Assembly (NCBI GenBank): GCA_012295275.1
Contig: CM022666.1
Span: 6,014,001-6,078,000, forward strand
DNA length: 64,000 nucleotides
Direction: 5' to 3'
DNA from: Chrysomallon squamiferum
Taxonomy: Eukaryota > Animalia > Mollusca
Made by a program: the position numbers and the translations under genes. The notes below the pieces were generated by a model, which searched no databases, had not been told where the DNA came from, and saw nothing but the letters and a program-made list of their open reading frames with translations. Below are positions 44,597-58,473 of this stretch, piece after piece. Every line of letters starts with the position of its first letter. Within the stretch, counting starts at the first letter, position 1.

Positions 44597-46515
44597 ACAT
44601 AATCTTTGCTTTAAATTACATTTATTTTGAGTTCAGAATCAGAAATTGATTGTTTATAACTGCTTGGTTAAATAAGGATGTTTTTTAGAATGTTTTTTTT
44701 TTTAAATAACTGATTATTCCGTGTACAATGATGAAATGATTATTAAGTGAACATGTTAGACTAATTTAACATATACATTTGGTATTGCTTTTTTTATTTA
44801 TGAGAGCGGAAATGTTTTCTTCTATTCCCCGCCCGATAGGTAAATATAAACCAAATCTTTGTTTCAAACGTCTTTAAAGAGTAATTTGAACAGAAAACGG
44901 TCAAAATAGAGGCAAAGATCAAATACTACTCTTATTAAGTTAATGTTAATGTTCTAATCTGAAAACATAAATAAATAATAAAGTGGTTAGCGAATGAACA
45001 AAACCGAAGAATGAATAAATATAGAAATAACTAATAAAAGAGATCCAAACGTGACACTGTTTAAACGCAGCATTCTTTTCACATTTATTCAAAATAAAAT
45101 ATAAAATCATATGTAGACTGCATTGATTAGCTGGTTAAGAATTTCCATACTGAATTTCTTCATTTGATTACTGAGAAAGAAAAGAGAGAATACTAACTGA
45201 CTGAAGAAAAAAAAAAAAAAAAAACTTATGCGAGTTGTGTTCACTGGTAAATTTAGAGTGGCCTCCCTTATTAGAGTGGCCTCCCTTATGTGAGATGTGT
45301 TCACTGGTATATTTAGAGTGGCCTCCCTTATGTGAGATGTGTTCACTGGTATATTTAGAGTGGCCTCCCTTATGTGAGATGTGTTCACTGGTATATTTAG
45401 AGTGGCTTCCCTTATGTGAGATGTGTTCACTGGTATATTTAGAGTGGCCTCCCCTTATGTGAGATGTGTTCACTGGTATATTTGGAATGGCCTCCCTTAT
45501 GTGAGATGTATTCACTGGTATGTTTAGAGTGGCCTCCCTTATGTGAGATGTGTTCACTCGTATATTTAGAGTGGCCTCCCTTACGTGAGATGTGTTCACT
45601 GGTATATTTAGAGTGCCCTCCCTTATGCGAGATGTGTTCACTAGTATAGTTAGAATAGCCTACCTGATGCGAGATGTATTCAGTGGAATTAAGAAAATAA
45701 CAAAGAAAATTCGATTTAAAAAGCATAAATAAAGAATCAGTGAGAGCAGAGTGTATGAACTGATTAAAAATATACGACAAATAAATAATAAATAAATCAT
45801 AATATGAAAAAGAAAGAGTGAAAGAAAGGAAATAAAGATAGAAAAGATGGAAAGAAAAGAAAGAAAGAAAGAAGTAAGGACAGAAAGAAAAAAGAACGAA
45901 GGAAAGAAAGAAAATATTGAAGCAGGTTAGCGAATGAACAAAACCGAAGAATGAATAAATATAGAAATAACTAATAAAAGAGATCCAAACGTGGTACTGT
46001 TTAAACGCAGCATTCTTTTCACATTTATTCAAAATAAAATATAAAATCATATGTAGACTGCATTGATTAGCTCGTTAAGAATTTCCGTACTGAATTTCAT
46101 CGTTTGATTACTGAGAAAAAAACCCAGAGAATACTAACTGACTAAAGAAAAAATAAATAAATAAAGGTTTATGCGACATGAAAAGTAACTTATGTCATAG
46201 TGTTGTCCTACAGTACCTTGTAATATAGAACAGCTTTCTAACGATTAATTATGGAAAAGAAAAACAATCTTAGAAAGTAAATAAAATCATCTAACTTCCT
46301 TGTTTTATACCATCTTTTCTTATATTACATTTCATTTGTAACTTAAGAATGAAACAGATGAAATAAATGTATAGTTACTTCTTGTAACAAAAAATACTTA
46401 AAACATTATAAAACGGTTGATGTAGATAAATATTACTAAATATCAGTAAGTGTCCAGAAGCCAGCAGAAGCCGGTAAGTTTGGACGACGTCTGGCTATGA
46501 CAAAGTTGAGGTATC

Positions 46516-46587
46516 TCCGATGTGGTCTAGTGGTTAGGATTCCTGGCTTTCACCCAGCTGGCCCGGGTTCAATTCCCGGCATGGGAA
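46516..46587 (+). tRNA. tRNA-Glu-TTC: tRNA-Glu (TTC) variant (G43C, C69G), unit 4
   Basis: Same sequence as unit 1. Confidence 0.9.
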
Positions 46588-48481
46588 ACATAATCTTTGC
46601 TTTAAATTACATTTATTTTGAGTTCAGAATCAGAAATTGATTGTTTATAACTGCTTGGTTAAATAAGGATGTTTTTTTTAAATGTTTTTTTTTTTTTTAA
46701 ATAACTGATTATTCCGTGTACAATGATGAAATGATTATTAAGTGAACATGTTAGACTAATTTAACATATACATTTGGTATTGCTTTTTGTTATTTATGAG
46801 AGCGGAAATGTTTTCTTCTATTCCCCGCCCGATAGGTAAATATAAACCAAATCTTTGTTTCAAACGTCTTTAAAGAGTAATTTGAACAGAAAACGGTCAA
46901 AATAGAGGCAAAGATCAAATACTACTCTTATTAAGTTAATGTTAATGTTCTAATCTGAAAACATAAATAAATAATAAAGTGGTTAGCGAATGAACAAAAC
47001 CGAAGAATGAATAAATATAGAAATAACTAATAAAAGAGATCCAAACGTGACACTGTTTAAACGCAGCATTCTTTTCACATTTATTCAAAATAAAATATAA
47101 AATCATATGTAGACTGCATTGATTAGCTGGTTAAGAATTTCCATACTGAATTTCTTCATTTGATTACTGAGAAAGAAAAGAGAGAATACTAACTGACTGA
47201 AGAAAAAAAAAATAAATAAAACTTATGCGAGTTGTGTTCACTGTTCCTCCCCTTATGTGAGATGTGTTCACTGGTATATTTAGAGTGGCCTCCCTTATGT
47301 GAGATGTGTTCACTGGTATATTTAGAGTGGCCTCCCTTATGTGAGATGTGTTCACTGGTATATTTAGAGTGGCTTCCCTTATGTGAGATGTGTTCACTGG
47401 TATATTTAGAGTGGCCTCCCTTATGTGAGATGTGTTCACTGGTATATTTGGAATGGCCTCCCTTATGTGAGATGTATTCACTGGTATGTTTAGAGTGGCC
47501 TCCCTTATGTGAGATGTGTTCACTCGTATATTTAGAGTGGCCTCCCTTACGTGAGATGTGTTCACTGGTATATTTAGAGTGCCCTCCCTTATGCGAGATG
47601 TGTTCACTAGTATAGTTAAAATAGCCTACCTCATGCGAGATGTATTCAGTGGAATTAAGAAAATAACAAAGAAAATTCGATTAAAAAAGCATAAATAAAG
47701 AGTCAGTGAGAGCAGAGTGTATGAACTGATTAAAAATATACGACAAATAAATAATAAATAAATCATAATATGAAAAAGAAAGAGTGAAAGAAAGGAAATG
47801 AAGATAGAAAAGATGGAAAGAAAAGAAAGAAAGAAAGAAGTAAGGACAGAAAGAAAAAGAACGAAGGAAAGAAAAGAAAAAAATATTGAAGCAGGTTAGA
47901 ATGAACAAAACCGAAGAATGAATAAATATAGAAATAACTAATAAAAGAGATCCAAACGTGGTACTGTTTAAACGCAGCATTCTTTTCACATTTATTCAAA
48001 ATAAAATATAAAATCATATGTAGACTGCATTGATTAGCTGGTTAAGAATTTCCGTACTGAATTTCATCGTTTGATTACTGAGAAAAAAACCCAGAGAATA
48101 CTAACTGACTAAAGAAAAAATAAATAAATAAAGGTTTATGCGACATGAAAAGTAACTTATGTCATAGTGTTGTCCTACAGTACCTTGTAATATAGAACAG
48201 CTTTCTAACGATTAATTATGGAAAAGAAAAACAATCTTAGAAAGTAAATAAAATCATCTAACTTCCTTGTTTTATACCATCTTTTCTTATATTACATTTC
48301 ATTTGTAACTTAAGAATGAAACAGATGAAATAAATGTATAGTTACTTCTTGTAACAAAAATACTTAAAACATTATAAAACGGTTGATGTAGATAAATATT
48401 ACTAAATATCAGTAAGTGTCCAGAAGCCAGCAGAAGCCGGTAAGTTTGGACGACGTCTGGCTATGACAAAGTTGAGGTATC

Positions 48482-48553
48482 TCCGATGTGGTCTAGTGGT
48501 TAGGATTCCTGGCTTTCACACAGCTGGCCCGGGTTCAATTCCCGGCATGGGAA
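48482..48553 (+). tRNA. tRNA-Glu-TTC: tRNA-Glu (TTC) variant (C39A, G43C, C69G), unit 5; likely non-functional
   Basis: CTTTCAC ACAGC: additional anticodon-stem mismatch. Confidence 0.85.
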
Positions 48554-50500
48554 ACATAATCTTTGCTTTAAATTACATTTATTTTGAGTTCAGAATCAGA
48601 AATTGATTGTTTATAACTGCTTGGTTAAAGAAGGATGTTTTTTTAGAATGTTTTTTTCTTTTTAAATAACTGATTATTCCGTGTACAATGATGAAATGAT
48701 TATTAAGTGAACGTGTTAGACTAATTTAACATATACATTTGGTATTGCTTTTTGTTATTTATGAGAGCGGAAATGTTTTCTTCTATTCCCCGCCCGATAG
48801 GTAAATATAAACCAAATCTTTGTTTCAAACGTCTTTAAAGAGTAATTTGAACAGAAAACGGTCAAAATAGAGGCAAAGATCAAATACTACTCTTATTAAG
48901 TTAATGTTAATGTTCTAATCTGAAAACATAAATAAATAATAAAGTGGTTAGCGAATGAACAAAACCGAAGAATGAATAAATATAGAAATAACTAATAAAA
49001 GAGATCCAAACGTGACACTGTTTAAACGCAGCATTCTTTTCACATTTATTCAAAATAAAATATAAAATCATATGTAGACTGCATTGATTAGCTGGTTAAG
49101 AATTTCCATACTGAATTTCTTCATTTGATTACTGAGAAAGAAAAGAGAGAATACTAACTGACTGAAGAAAAAAATAAATAAAACTTATGCGAGTTGTGTT
49201 CATTGGTAAATTTAGAGTGGCCTCCCTTATGTGAGATGTGTTCACTGGTATATTTAGAGTGGCTTCCCTTATGTGAGATGTGTTCACTGGTATATTTAGA
49301 GTGGCCTCCCTTATGTGAGATGTGTTCACTGGTATATTTAGAGTGGCCTCCCTTATGTGAGATGTGTTCACTGGTATACTTAGAGTGGCCTCCCTTATGT
49401 GAGATGTGTTCACTGGTATATTTGGAGTGGCCTCCCTTATGTGAGATGTGTTCACTGGTATATTTGGAGTGGCCTCCCTTATGTGAGATGTATTCACTGG
49501 TATGTTTAGAGTGGCCTCCCTTATGTGAGATGTGTTCACTCGTATATTTAGAGTGGCCTCCCTTACGTGAGATGTGTTCACTGGTATATTTAGAGTGCCC
49601 TCCCTTATGCGAGATGTGTTCACTAGTATAGTTAGAATAGCCTACCTCATGCGAGATGTATTCAGTGGAATTAAGAAAATAACAAAGAAAATTCGATTAA
49701 AAAAGCATAAATAAAGAGTCAGTGAGAGCAGAGTGTATGAACTGATTAAAAATATACGACAAATAAATAATAAATAAATCATAATATGAAAAAGAAAGAG
49801 TGAAAGAAAGGAAATAAAGATAGAAAAGATGGAAAGAAAAGAAAGAAAGAAAGAAGTAAGGACAGAAAGAAAAAAAAAAGAACGAAGGAAAGAAAGAAAA
49901 TATTGAAGCAGGTTAGCGAATGAACAAAACCGAAGAATGAATAAATATAGAAATAACTAATAAAAGAGATCCAAACGTGGTACTGTTTAAACGCAGCATT
50001 CTTTTCACATTTATTCAAAATAAAATATAAAATCATATGTAGACTGCATTGATTAGCTCGTTAAGAATTTCCGTACTGAATTTCATCGTTTGATTACTGA
50101 GAAAAAAACCCAGAGAATACTAACTGACTAAAGAAAAAATAAATAAATAAAGGTTTATGCGACATGAAAAGTAACTTATGTCATAGTGTTGTCCTACAGT
50201 ACCTTGTAATATAGAACAGCTTTCTAACGATTAATTATGGAAAAGAAAAACAATCTTAGAAAGTAAATAAAATCATCTAACTTCCTTGTTTTATACCATC
50301 TTTTCTTATATTACATTTCATTTGTAACTTAAGAATGAAACAGATGAAATAAATGTATAGTTACTTCTTGTAACAAAAATACTTAAAACATTATAAAACG
50401 GTTGATGTAGATAAATATTACTAAATATCAGTAAGTGTCCAGAAGCCAGCAGAAGCCGGTAAGTTTGGACGACGTCTGGCTATGACAAAGTTGAGGTATC

Positions 50501-50572
50501 TCCGATGTGGTCTAGTGGTTAGGATTCCTGGCTTTCACCCAGCTGGCCCGGGTTCAATTCCCGGCATGGGAA
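50501..50572 (+). tRNA. tRNA-Glu-TTC: tRNA-Glu (TTC) variant (G43C, C69G), unit 6
   Basis: Same sequence as unit 1. Confidence 0.9.
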
Positions 50573-52422
50573 ACATAATCTTTGCTTTAAATTACATTTA
50601 TTTTGAGTTCAGAATCAGAAATTGATTGTTTATAACTGCTTGGTTAAATAAGGATGTTTTTTTAGAATGTTTTTTTTTTTTAAATAACTGATTATTCCGT
50701 GTACAATGATGAAATGATTATTAAGTGAACATGTTAGACTAATTTAACATATACATTTGGTATTGCTTTTTGTTATTTATGAGAGCGGAAATGTTTTCTT
50801 CTATTCCCCCCCGATAGGTAATAATATAAACCAAATCTTTGTTTCAAACGTCTTTAAAGAGTAATTTGAACAGAAAACGGTCAAAATAGAGGCAAAGATC
50901 AAATACTACTCTTATTAAGTTAATGTTAATGTTCTAATCTGAAAACATAAATAAATAATAAAGTGGTTAGCGAATGAACAAAACCGAAGAATGAATAAAT
51001 ATAGAAATAACTAATAAAAGAGATCCAAACGTGACACTGTTTAAACGCAGCATTCTTTTCACATTTATTCAAAATAAAATATAAAATCATATGTAGACTG
51101 CATTGATTAGCTGGTTAAGAATTTCCATACTGAATTTCTTCATTTGATTACTGAGAAAGAAAAGAGAGAATACTAACTGACTGAAGAAAAAAAAAAATAA
51201 AACTTATGGTAAATTTTAGTTGTGTTCCCTTATGTGAGATGTGTTCACTGGTATATTTAGAGTGGCCTCCCTTATGTGAGATGTGTTCACTGGTATATTT
51301 AGAGTGGCCTCCCTTATGTGAGATGTGTTCACTGGTATATTTAGAGTGGCCTCCCTTATGTGAGATGTGTTCACTGGTATATTTAGAGTGGCCTCCCATA
51401 TGTGAGATGTGTTCACTGGTATATTTGGAATGGCCTCCCTTATGTGAGAGATGTATTCACTGGTATGTTTAGAGTGGCCTCCCTTATGTGAGATGTGTTC
51501 ATGTTTCACTGGTATATTTAGAGTGCCCTCCCTTATGCGAGATGTGTTCACTAGTATAGTTAAAATAGCCTACCTCATGCGAGATGTATTCAGTGGAATT
51601 AAGAAAATAACAAAGAAAATTCGATTAAAAAAGCATAAATAAAGAGTCAGTGAGAGCAGAGTGTATGAACTGATTAAAAATATACGACAAATAAATAATA
51701 AATAAATCATAATATGAAAAAGAAAGAGTGAAAGAAAGGAAATAAAGATAGAAAAGATGGAAAGAAAAGAAAGAAAGAAAGAAGTAAGGACAGAAAGAAA
51801 AAAGAACGAAGGAAAGAAAGAAAATATTGAAGCAGGTTAGCGAATGAACAAAACCGAAGAATGAATAAATATAGAAATAACTAATAAAAGAGATCCAAAC
51901 GTGGTACTGTTTAAACGCAGCATTCTTTTCACATTTATTCAAAATAAAATATAAAATCATATGTAGACTGCATTGATTAGCTGGTTAAGAATTTCCGTAC
52001 TGAATTTCATCGTTTGATTACTGAAAAAAACCCAGAGAATACTAACTGACTAAAGAAAAAATAAATAAATCAAGGTTTATGCGACATGAAAAGTAACTTA
52101 TGTCATAGTGTTGTCCTACAGTACCTTGTAATATAGAACAGCTTTCTAACGATTAATTATGGAAAAAAAAAACAATCTTAGAAAGTAAATAAAATCATCT
52201 AACTTCCTTGTTTTATACCATTTTTTCTTATATTACATTTCATTTGTAACTTAAGAATGAAACAGATGAAATAAATGTATAGTTACTTCTTGTAACAAAA
52301 ATACTTAAAACATTATAAAACGGTTGATGTAGATAAATATTACTAAATATCAGTAAGTGTCCAGAAGCCAGCAGAAGCCGGTAAGTTTGGACGACGTCTG
52401 GCTATGACAAAGTTGAGGTATC

Positions 52423-52494
52423 TCCGATGTGGTCTAGTGGTTAGGATTCCTGGCTTTCACCCAGCTGGCCCGGGTTCAATTCCCGGCATGGGAA
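52423..52494 (+). tRNA. tRNA-Glu-TTC: tRNA-Glu (TTC) variant (G43C, C69G), unit 7
   Basis: Same sequence as unit 1. Confidence 0.9.
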
Positions 52495-54438
52495 ACATAA
52501 TCTTTGCTTTAAATTACATTTATTTTGAGTTCAGAATCAGAAATTGATTGTTTATAACTGCTTGGTTAAATAAGGATGTTTTTTTAGAATGTTTTTTTTT
52601 TTTAAATAACTGATTATTCCGTGTACAATGATGAAATGATTATTAAGTGAACATGTTAGACTAATTTAACATATACATTTGGTATTGCTTTTTGTTATTT
52701 ATGAGAGCGGAAATGTTTTCTTCTATTCCCCGCCCGATAGGTAAATATAAACCAAATCTTTGTTTCAAACGTCTTTAAAGAGTAATTTGAACAGAAAACG
52801 GTCAAAATAGAGGCAAAGATCAAATACTACTCTTATTAAGTTAATGTTAATGTTCTAATCTGAAAACATAAATAAATAATAAAGGTGTTAGCGAATGAAC
52901 AAAACCGAAGAATGAATAAATATAGAAATAACTAATAAAAGAGATCCAAACGTGACACTGTTTAAACGCAGCATTCTTTTCACATTTATTCAAAATAAAA
53001 TATAAAAATCATATGTAGACTGCATTGATTAGCTGGATAAGAATTTCCATACTGAATTTCTTCATTTGATTACTGAGAAAGAAAAGAGAGAATACTAACT
53101 GACTGAAGAAAAAAATAAATAAAACTTATGCGAGTTGTGTTCATTGGTAAATTTAGAGTGGCCTCCCTTATGTGAGATGTGTTCACTGGTATATTTAGAG
53201 TGGCCTCCCTTATGTGAGATGTGTTCACTGGTATATTTAGAGTGGCCTCCCTTATGTGAGATGTGTTCACTGGTATATTTAGAGTGGCCTCCCTTATGTG
53301 AGATGTGTTCACTGGTATATTTAGAGTGGCCTCCCTTATGTGAGATGTGTTCACTGGTATATTTAGAGTGGCCTCCCTTATGTGAGATGTGTTCACTGGT
53401 ATATTTGGAGTGGCCTCCCTTATGTGAGATGTATTCACTGGTATGTTTAGAGTGGCCTCCCTTATGTGAGATGTGTTCACTGGTATATTTAGAGTGGCCT
53501 CCCTTACGTGAGATGTGTTCACTGGTATATTTAGAGTGCCCTCCCTTATGCGAGATGTGTTCACTAGTATAGTTAAAATAGCCTACCTCATGCGAGATGT
53601 ATTCAGTGGAATTAAGAAAATAACAAAGAAAATTCGATTAAAAAAGCATAAATAAAGAGTCAGTGAGAGCAGAGTGTATGAACTGATTAAAAATATACGA
53701 CAAATAAATAATAAATAAATCATAATATGAAAAAGAAAGAGTGAAAGAAAGGAAATAAAGATAGAAAAGATGGAAAGAAAAGAAAGAAAGAAAGAAGTAA
53801 GGACAGAAAGAAAAAAGAACGAAGGAAAGAAAGAAAATATTGAAGCAGGTTAGCGAATGAACAAAACCGAAGAATGAATAAATATAGAAATAACTAATAA
53901 AAGAGATCCAAACGTGGTACTGTTTAAACGCAGCATTCTTTTCACATTTATTCAAAATAAAATATAAAATCATATGTAGACTGCATTGATTAGCTGGTTA
54001 AGAATTTCCGTACTGAATTTCATCATTTGATTACTGAGAAAAAAACCCAGAGAATACTAACTGACTAAAGAAAAAATAAATAAATCAAGGTTTATGCGAC
54101 ATGAAAAGTAACTTATGTCATAGTGTTGTCCTACAGTACCTTGTAATATAGAAGAGCTTTCTAACGATTAATTATGGAAAAAAAAAACAATCTTAGAAAG
54201 TAAATAAAATCATCTAACTTCCTTGTTTTATACCATTTTTTCTTATATTACATTTCATTTGTAACTTAAGAATGAAACAGATGAAATAAATGTATAGTTA
54301 CTTCTTGTAACAAAAATACTTAAAACATTATAAAACGGTTGATGTAGATAAATATTACTAAATATCAGTAAGTGTCCAGAAAGCCAGCAGAAGCCGGTAA
54401 GTTTGGACGACGTCTGGCTATGACAAAGTTGAGGTATC

Positions 54439-54510
54439 TCCGATGTGGTCTAGTGGTTAGGATTCCTGGCTTTCACCCAGCTGGCCCGGGTTCAATTCCC
54501 GGCATGGGAA
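54439..54510 (+). tRNA. tRNA-Glu-TTC: tRNA-Glu (TTC) variant (G43C, C69G), unit 8
   Basis: Same sequence as unit 1. Confidence 0.9.
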
Positions 54511-56419
54511 ACATAATCTTTGCTTTAAATTACATTTATTTTGAGTTCAGAATCAGAAATTGATTGTTTATAACTGCTTGGTTAAATAAGGATGTTTTTT
54601 AGAATGTTTTTTTTTTTTTAAAATAACTGATTATTCCGTGTACAATGATGAAATGATTATTAAGTGAACATGTTAGACTAATTTAACATATACCTTTGGT
54701 ATTGCTTTTTGTTATTTATGAGAGCGGAAATGTTTTCTTCTATTCCCCGCCCGATAGGTAAATATAAACCAAATCTTTGTTTCAAACGTCTTTAAAGAGT
54801 AATTTGAACAGAAAACGGTCAAAATAGAGGCAAAGATCAAATACTACTCTTATTAAGTTAATGTTAATGTTCTAATCTGAAAACATAAATAAATAATAAA
54901 CTGGTTAGCGAATGAACAAAACCGAAGAATGAATAAATATAGAAATAACTAATAAAAGAGATCCAAACGTGACACTGTTTAAACGCAGCATTCTTTTCAC
55001 ATTTATTCAAAATAAAATATAAAATCATATGTAGACTGCATTGATTAGCTGGTTAAGAATTTCCATACTGAATTTCTTCATTTGATTACTGAGAAAGAAA
55101 AGAGAGAATACTAACTGACTGAAGAAAAAAAAAATAAATAAAACTTATGCGAGTTGTGTTCACTGGTAAATTTAGAGTGGCCTCCCTTATGTGAGATGTG
55201 TTCACTGGTATATTTAGAGTGGCCTCCCTTATGTGAGATGTGTTCACTGGTATATTTAGAGTGGCCTCCCTTATGTGAGATGTGTTCACTGGTATATTTA
55301 GAGTGGCTTCCCTTATGTGAGATGTGTTCACTGGTATATTTAGAGTGGCCTCCCTTATGTGAGATGTGTTCACTGATATATTTGGAGTGGCCTCCCTTAT
55401 GTGAGATGTATTCACTGGTATGTTTAGAGTGGCCTCCCTTACGTGAGATGTGTTCACTGGTATATTTAGAGTGCCCTCCCTTACGTGAGATGTGTTCACT
55501 GGTATATTTAGAGTGCCCTCCCTTATGCGAGATGTGTTCACTAGTATAGTTAAAATAGCCTACCTCATGCGAGATGTATTCAGTGGAATTAAGAAAATAA
55601 CAAAGAAAATTCGATTAAAAAAGCATAAATAAAGAGTCAGTGAGAGCAGAGTGTATGAACTGATTAAAAATATACGACAAATAAATAATAAATAAATCAT
55701 AATATGAAAAAGAAAGAGTGAAAGAAAGGAAATAAAGATAGAAAAGATGGAAAGAAAAGAAAGAAAGAAAGAAAGACGTAAGGACAGAAAGAAAAAAGAA
55801 CGAAGGAAAGAAAGAAAATATTGAAGCAGGTTAGCGAATGAACAAAACCGAAGAATGAATAAATATAGAAATAACTAATAAAAGAGATCCCAACGTGGTA
55901 CTGTTTAAACGCAGCATTCTTTTCACATTTATTCAAAATAAAATATAAAATCATATGTAGACTGCATTGATTAGCTGGTTAAGAATTTCCGTACTGAATT
56001 TCATCATTTGATTACTGAGAAAAAAACCCAGAGAATACTAACTGACTAAAGAAAAAATAAATAAATCAAGGTTTATGCGACATGAAAAGTAACTTATGTC
56101 ATAGTGTTGTCCTACAGTACCTTGTAATATAGAAGAGCTTTCTAACGATTAATTATGGAAAAAAAAAAACAATCTTAGAAAGTAAATAAAATCATCTAAC
56201 TTCCTTGTTTTATACCATTTTTTCTTATATTACATTTCATTTGTAACTTAAGAATGAAACAGATGAAATAAATGTATAGTTACTTCTTGTAACAAAAATA
56301 CTTAAAACATTATAAAACGGTTGATGTAGATAAATATTACTAAATATCAGTAAGTGTCCAGAAGCCAGCAGAAGCCGGTAAGTTTGGACGACGTCTGGCT
56401 ATGACAAAGTTGAGGTATC

Positions 56420-56491
56420 TCCGATGTGGTCTAGTGGTTAGGATTCCTGGCTTTCACCCAGCTGGCCCGGGTTCAATTCCCGGCATGGGAA
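56420..56491 (+). tRNA. tRNA-Glu-TTC: tRNA-Glu (TTC) variant (G43C, C69G), unit 9
   Basis: Same sequence as unit 1. Confidence 0.9.
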
Positions 56492-58401
56492 ACATAATCT
56501 TTGCTTTAAATTACATTTATTTTGAGTTCAGAATCAGAAATTGATTGTTTATAACTGCTTGGTTAAATAAGGATGTTTTTTTTTTAGAATGTTTTTTTTT
56601 TTTTAAATAACTGATTATTCCGTGTACAATGATGAAATGATTATTAAGTGAACATGTTAGACTAATTTAACATATACCTTTGGTATTGCTTTTTGTTATT
56701 TATGAGAGCGGAAATGTTTTCTTCTATTCCCCGCCCGATAGGTAAATATAAACCAAATCTTTGTTTCAAACGTCTTTAAAGAGTAATTTGAACAGAAAAC
56801 GGTCAAAATAGAGGCAAAGATCAAATACTACTCTTATTAAGTTAATGTTAATGTTCTAATCTGAAAACATAAATAAATAATAAACTGGTTAGCGAATGAA
56901 CAAAACCGAAGAATGAATAAATATAGAAATAACTAATAAAAGAGATCCAAACGTGACACTGTTTAAACGCAGCATTCTTTTCACATTTATTCAAAATAAA
57001 ATATAAAATCATATGTAGACTGCATTGATTAGCTGGTTAAGAATTTCCATACTGAATTTCTTCATTTGATTACTGAGAAAGAAAAGAGAGAATACTAACT
57101 GACTGAAGAAAAAAAAATAAATAAAACTTATGCGAGTTGTGTTCACTGGTAAATTTAGAGTGGCCTCCCTTATGTGAGATGTGTTCACTGGTATATTTAG
57201 AGTGGCCTCCCTTATGTGAGATGTGTTCACTGGTATATTTAGAGTGGCCTCCCTTATGTGAGATGTGTTCACTGGTATATTTAGAGTGGCTTCCCTTATG
57301 TGAGATGTGTTCACTGGTATATTTAGAGTGGCCTCCCTTATGTGAGATGTGTTCACTGATATATTTGGAGTGGCCTCCCTTATGTGAGATGTATTCACTG
57401 GTATGTTTAGAGTGGCCTCCCTTACGTGAGATGTGTTCACTGGTATATTTAGAGTGCCCTCCCTTACGTGAGATGTGTTCACTGGTATATTTAGAGTGCC
57501 CTCCCTTATGCGAGATGTGTTCACTAGTATAGTTAAAATAGCCTACCTCATGCGAGATGTATTCAGTGGAATTAAGAAAATAACAAAAAAGAAAATTCGA
57601 TTAAAAAAGCATAAATAAAGAGTCAGTGAGAGCAGAGTGTATGAACTGATTAAAAATATACGACAAATAAATAATAAATAAATCATAATATGAAAAAGAA
57701 AGAGTGAAAGAAAGGAAATAAAGATAGAAAAGATGGAAAGAAAAGAAAGAAAGAAAGAAGTAAGGACAGAAAGAAAAAAGAACGAAGGAAAGAAAGAAAA
57801 TATTGAAGCAGGTTAGCGAATGAACAAAACCGAAGAATGAATAAATATAGAAATAACTAATAAAAGAGATCCCAACGTGGTACTGTTTAAACGCAGCATT
57901 CTTTTCACATTTATTCAAAATAAAATATAAAATCATATGTAGACTGCATTGATTAGCTGGTTAAAAATTTCCGTACTGAATTTCATCATTTGATTACTGA
58001 GAAAAAAAACCCAGAGAATACTAACTGACTAAAAAAAAAATAAATAAATCAAGGTTTATGCGACATGAAAAGTAACTTATGTCATAGTGTTGTCCTACAG
58101 TACCTTGTAATATAGAAGAGCTTTCTAACGATTAATTATGGAAAAAAAAAACAATCTTAGAAAGTAAATAAAATCATCTAACTTCCTTGTTTTATACCAT
58201 TTTTTCTTATATTACATTTCATTTGTAACTTAAGAATGAAACAGATGAAATAAATGTATAGTTACTTCTTGTAACAAAAATACTTAAAACATTATAAAAC
58301 GGTTGATGTAGATAAATATTACTAAATATCAGTAAGTGTCCAGAAGCCACCAGAAGCCGGAAAGTTTGGACGACGTCTGGCTATGACAAAGTTGAGGTAT
58401 C

Positions 58402-58473
58402 TCCGATGTGGTCTAGTGGTTAGGATTCCTGGCTTTCACCCAGGTGGCCCGGGTTCAATTCCCGGCATGGGAA
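58402..58473 (+). tRNA. tRNA-Glu-TTC: tRNA-Glu (TTC) variant (C69G only), unit 10
   Basis: CTTTCAC CCAGG: anticodon stem intact, 3' end still CATGGGAA. Confidence 0.92.

Noticed and set aside
54372-54563. 63-aa ORF over the unit 8 tRNA
   Set aside because: Read-through of the tRNA gene created by a 1-bp insertion unique to that unit.
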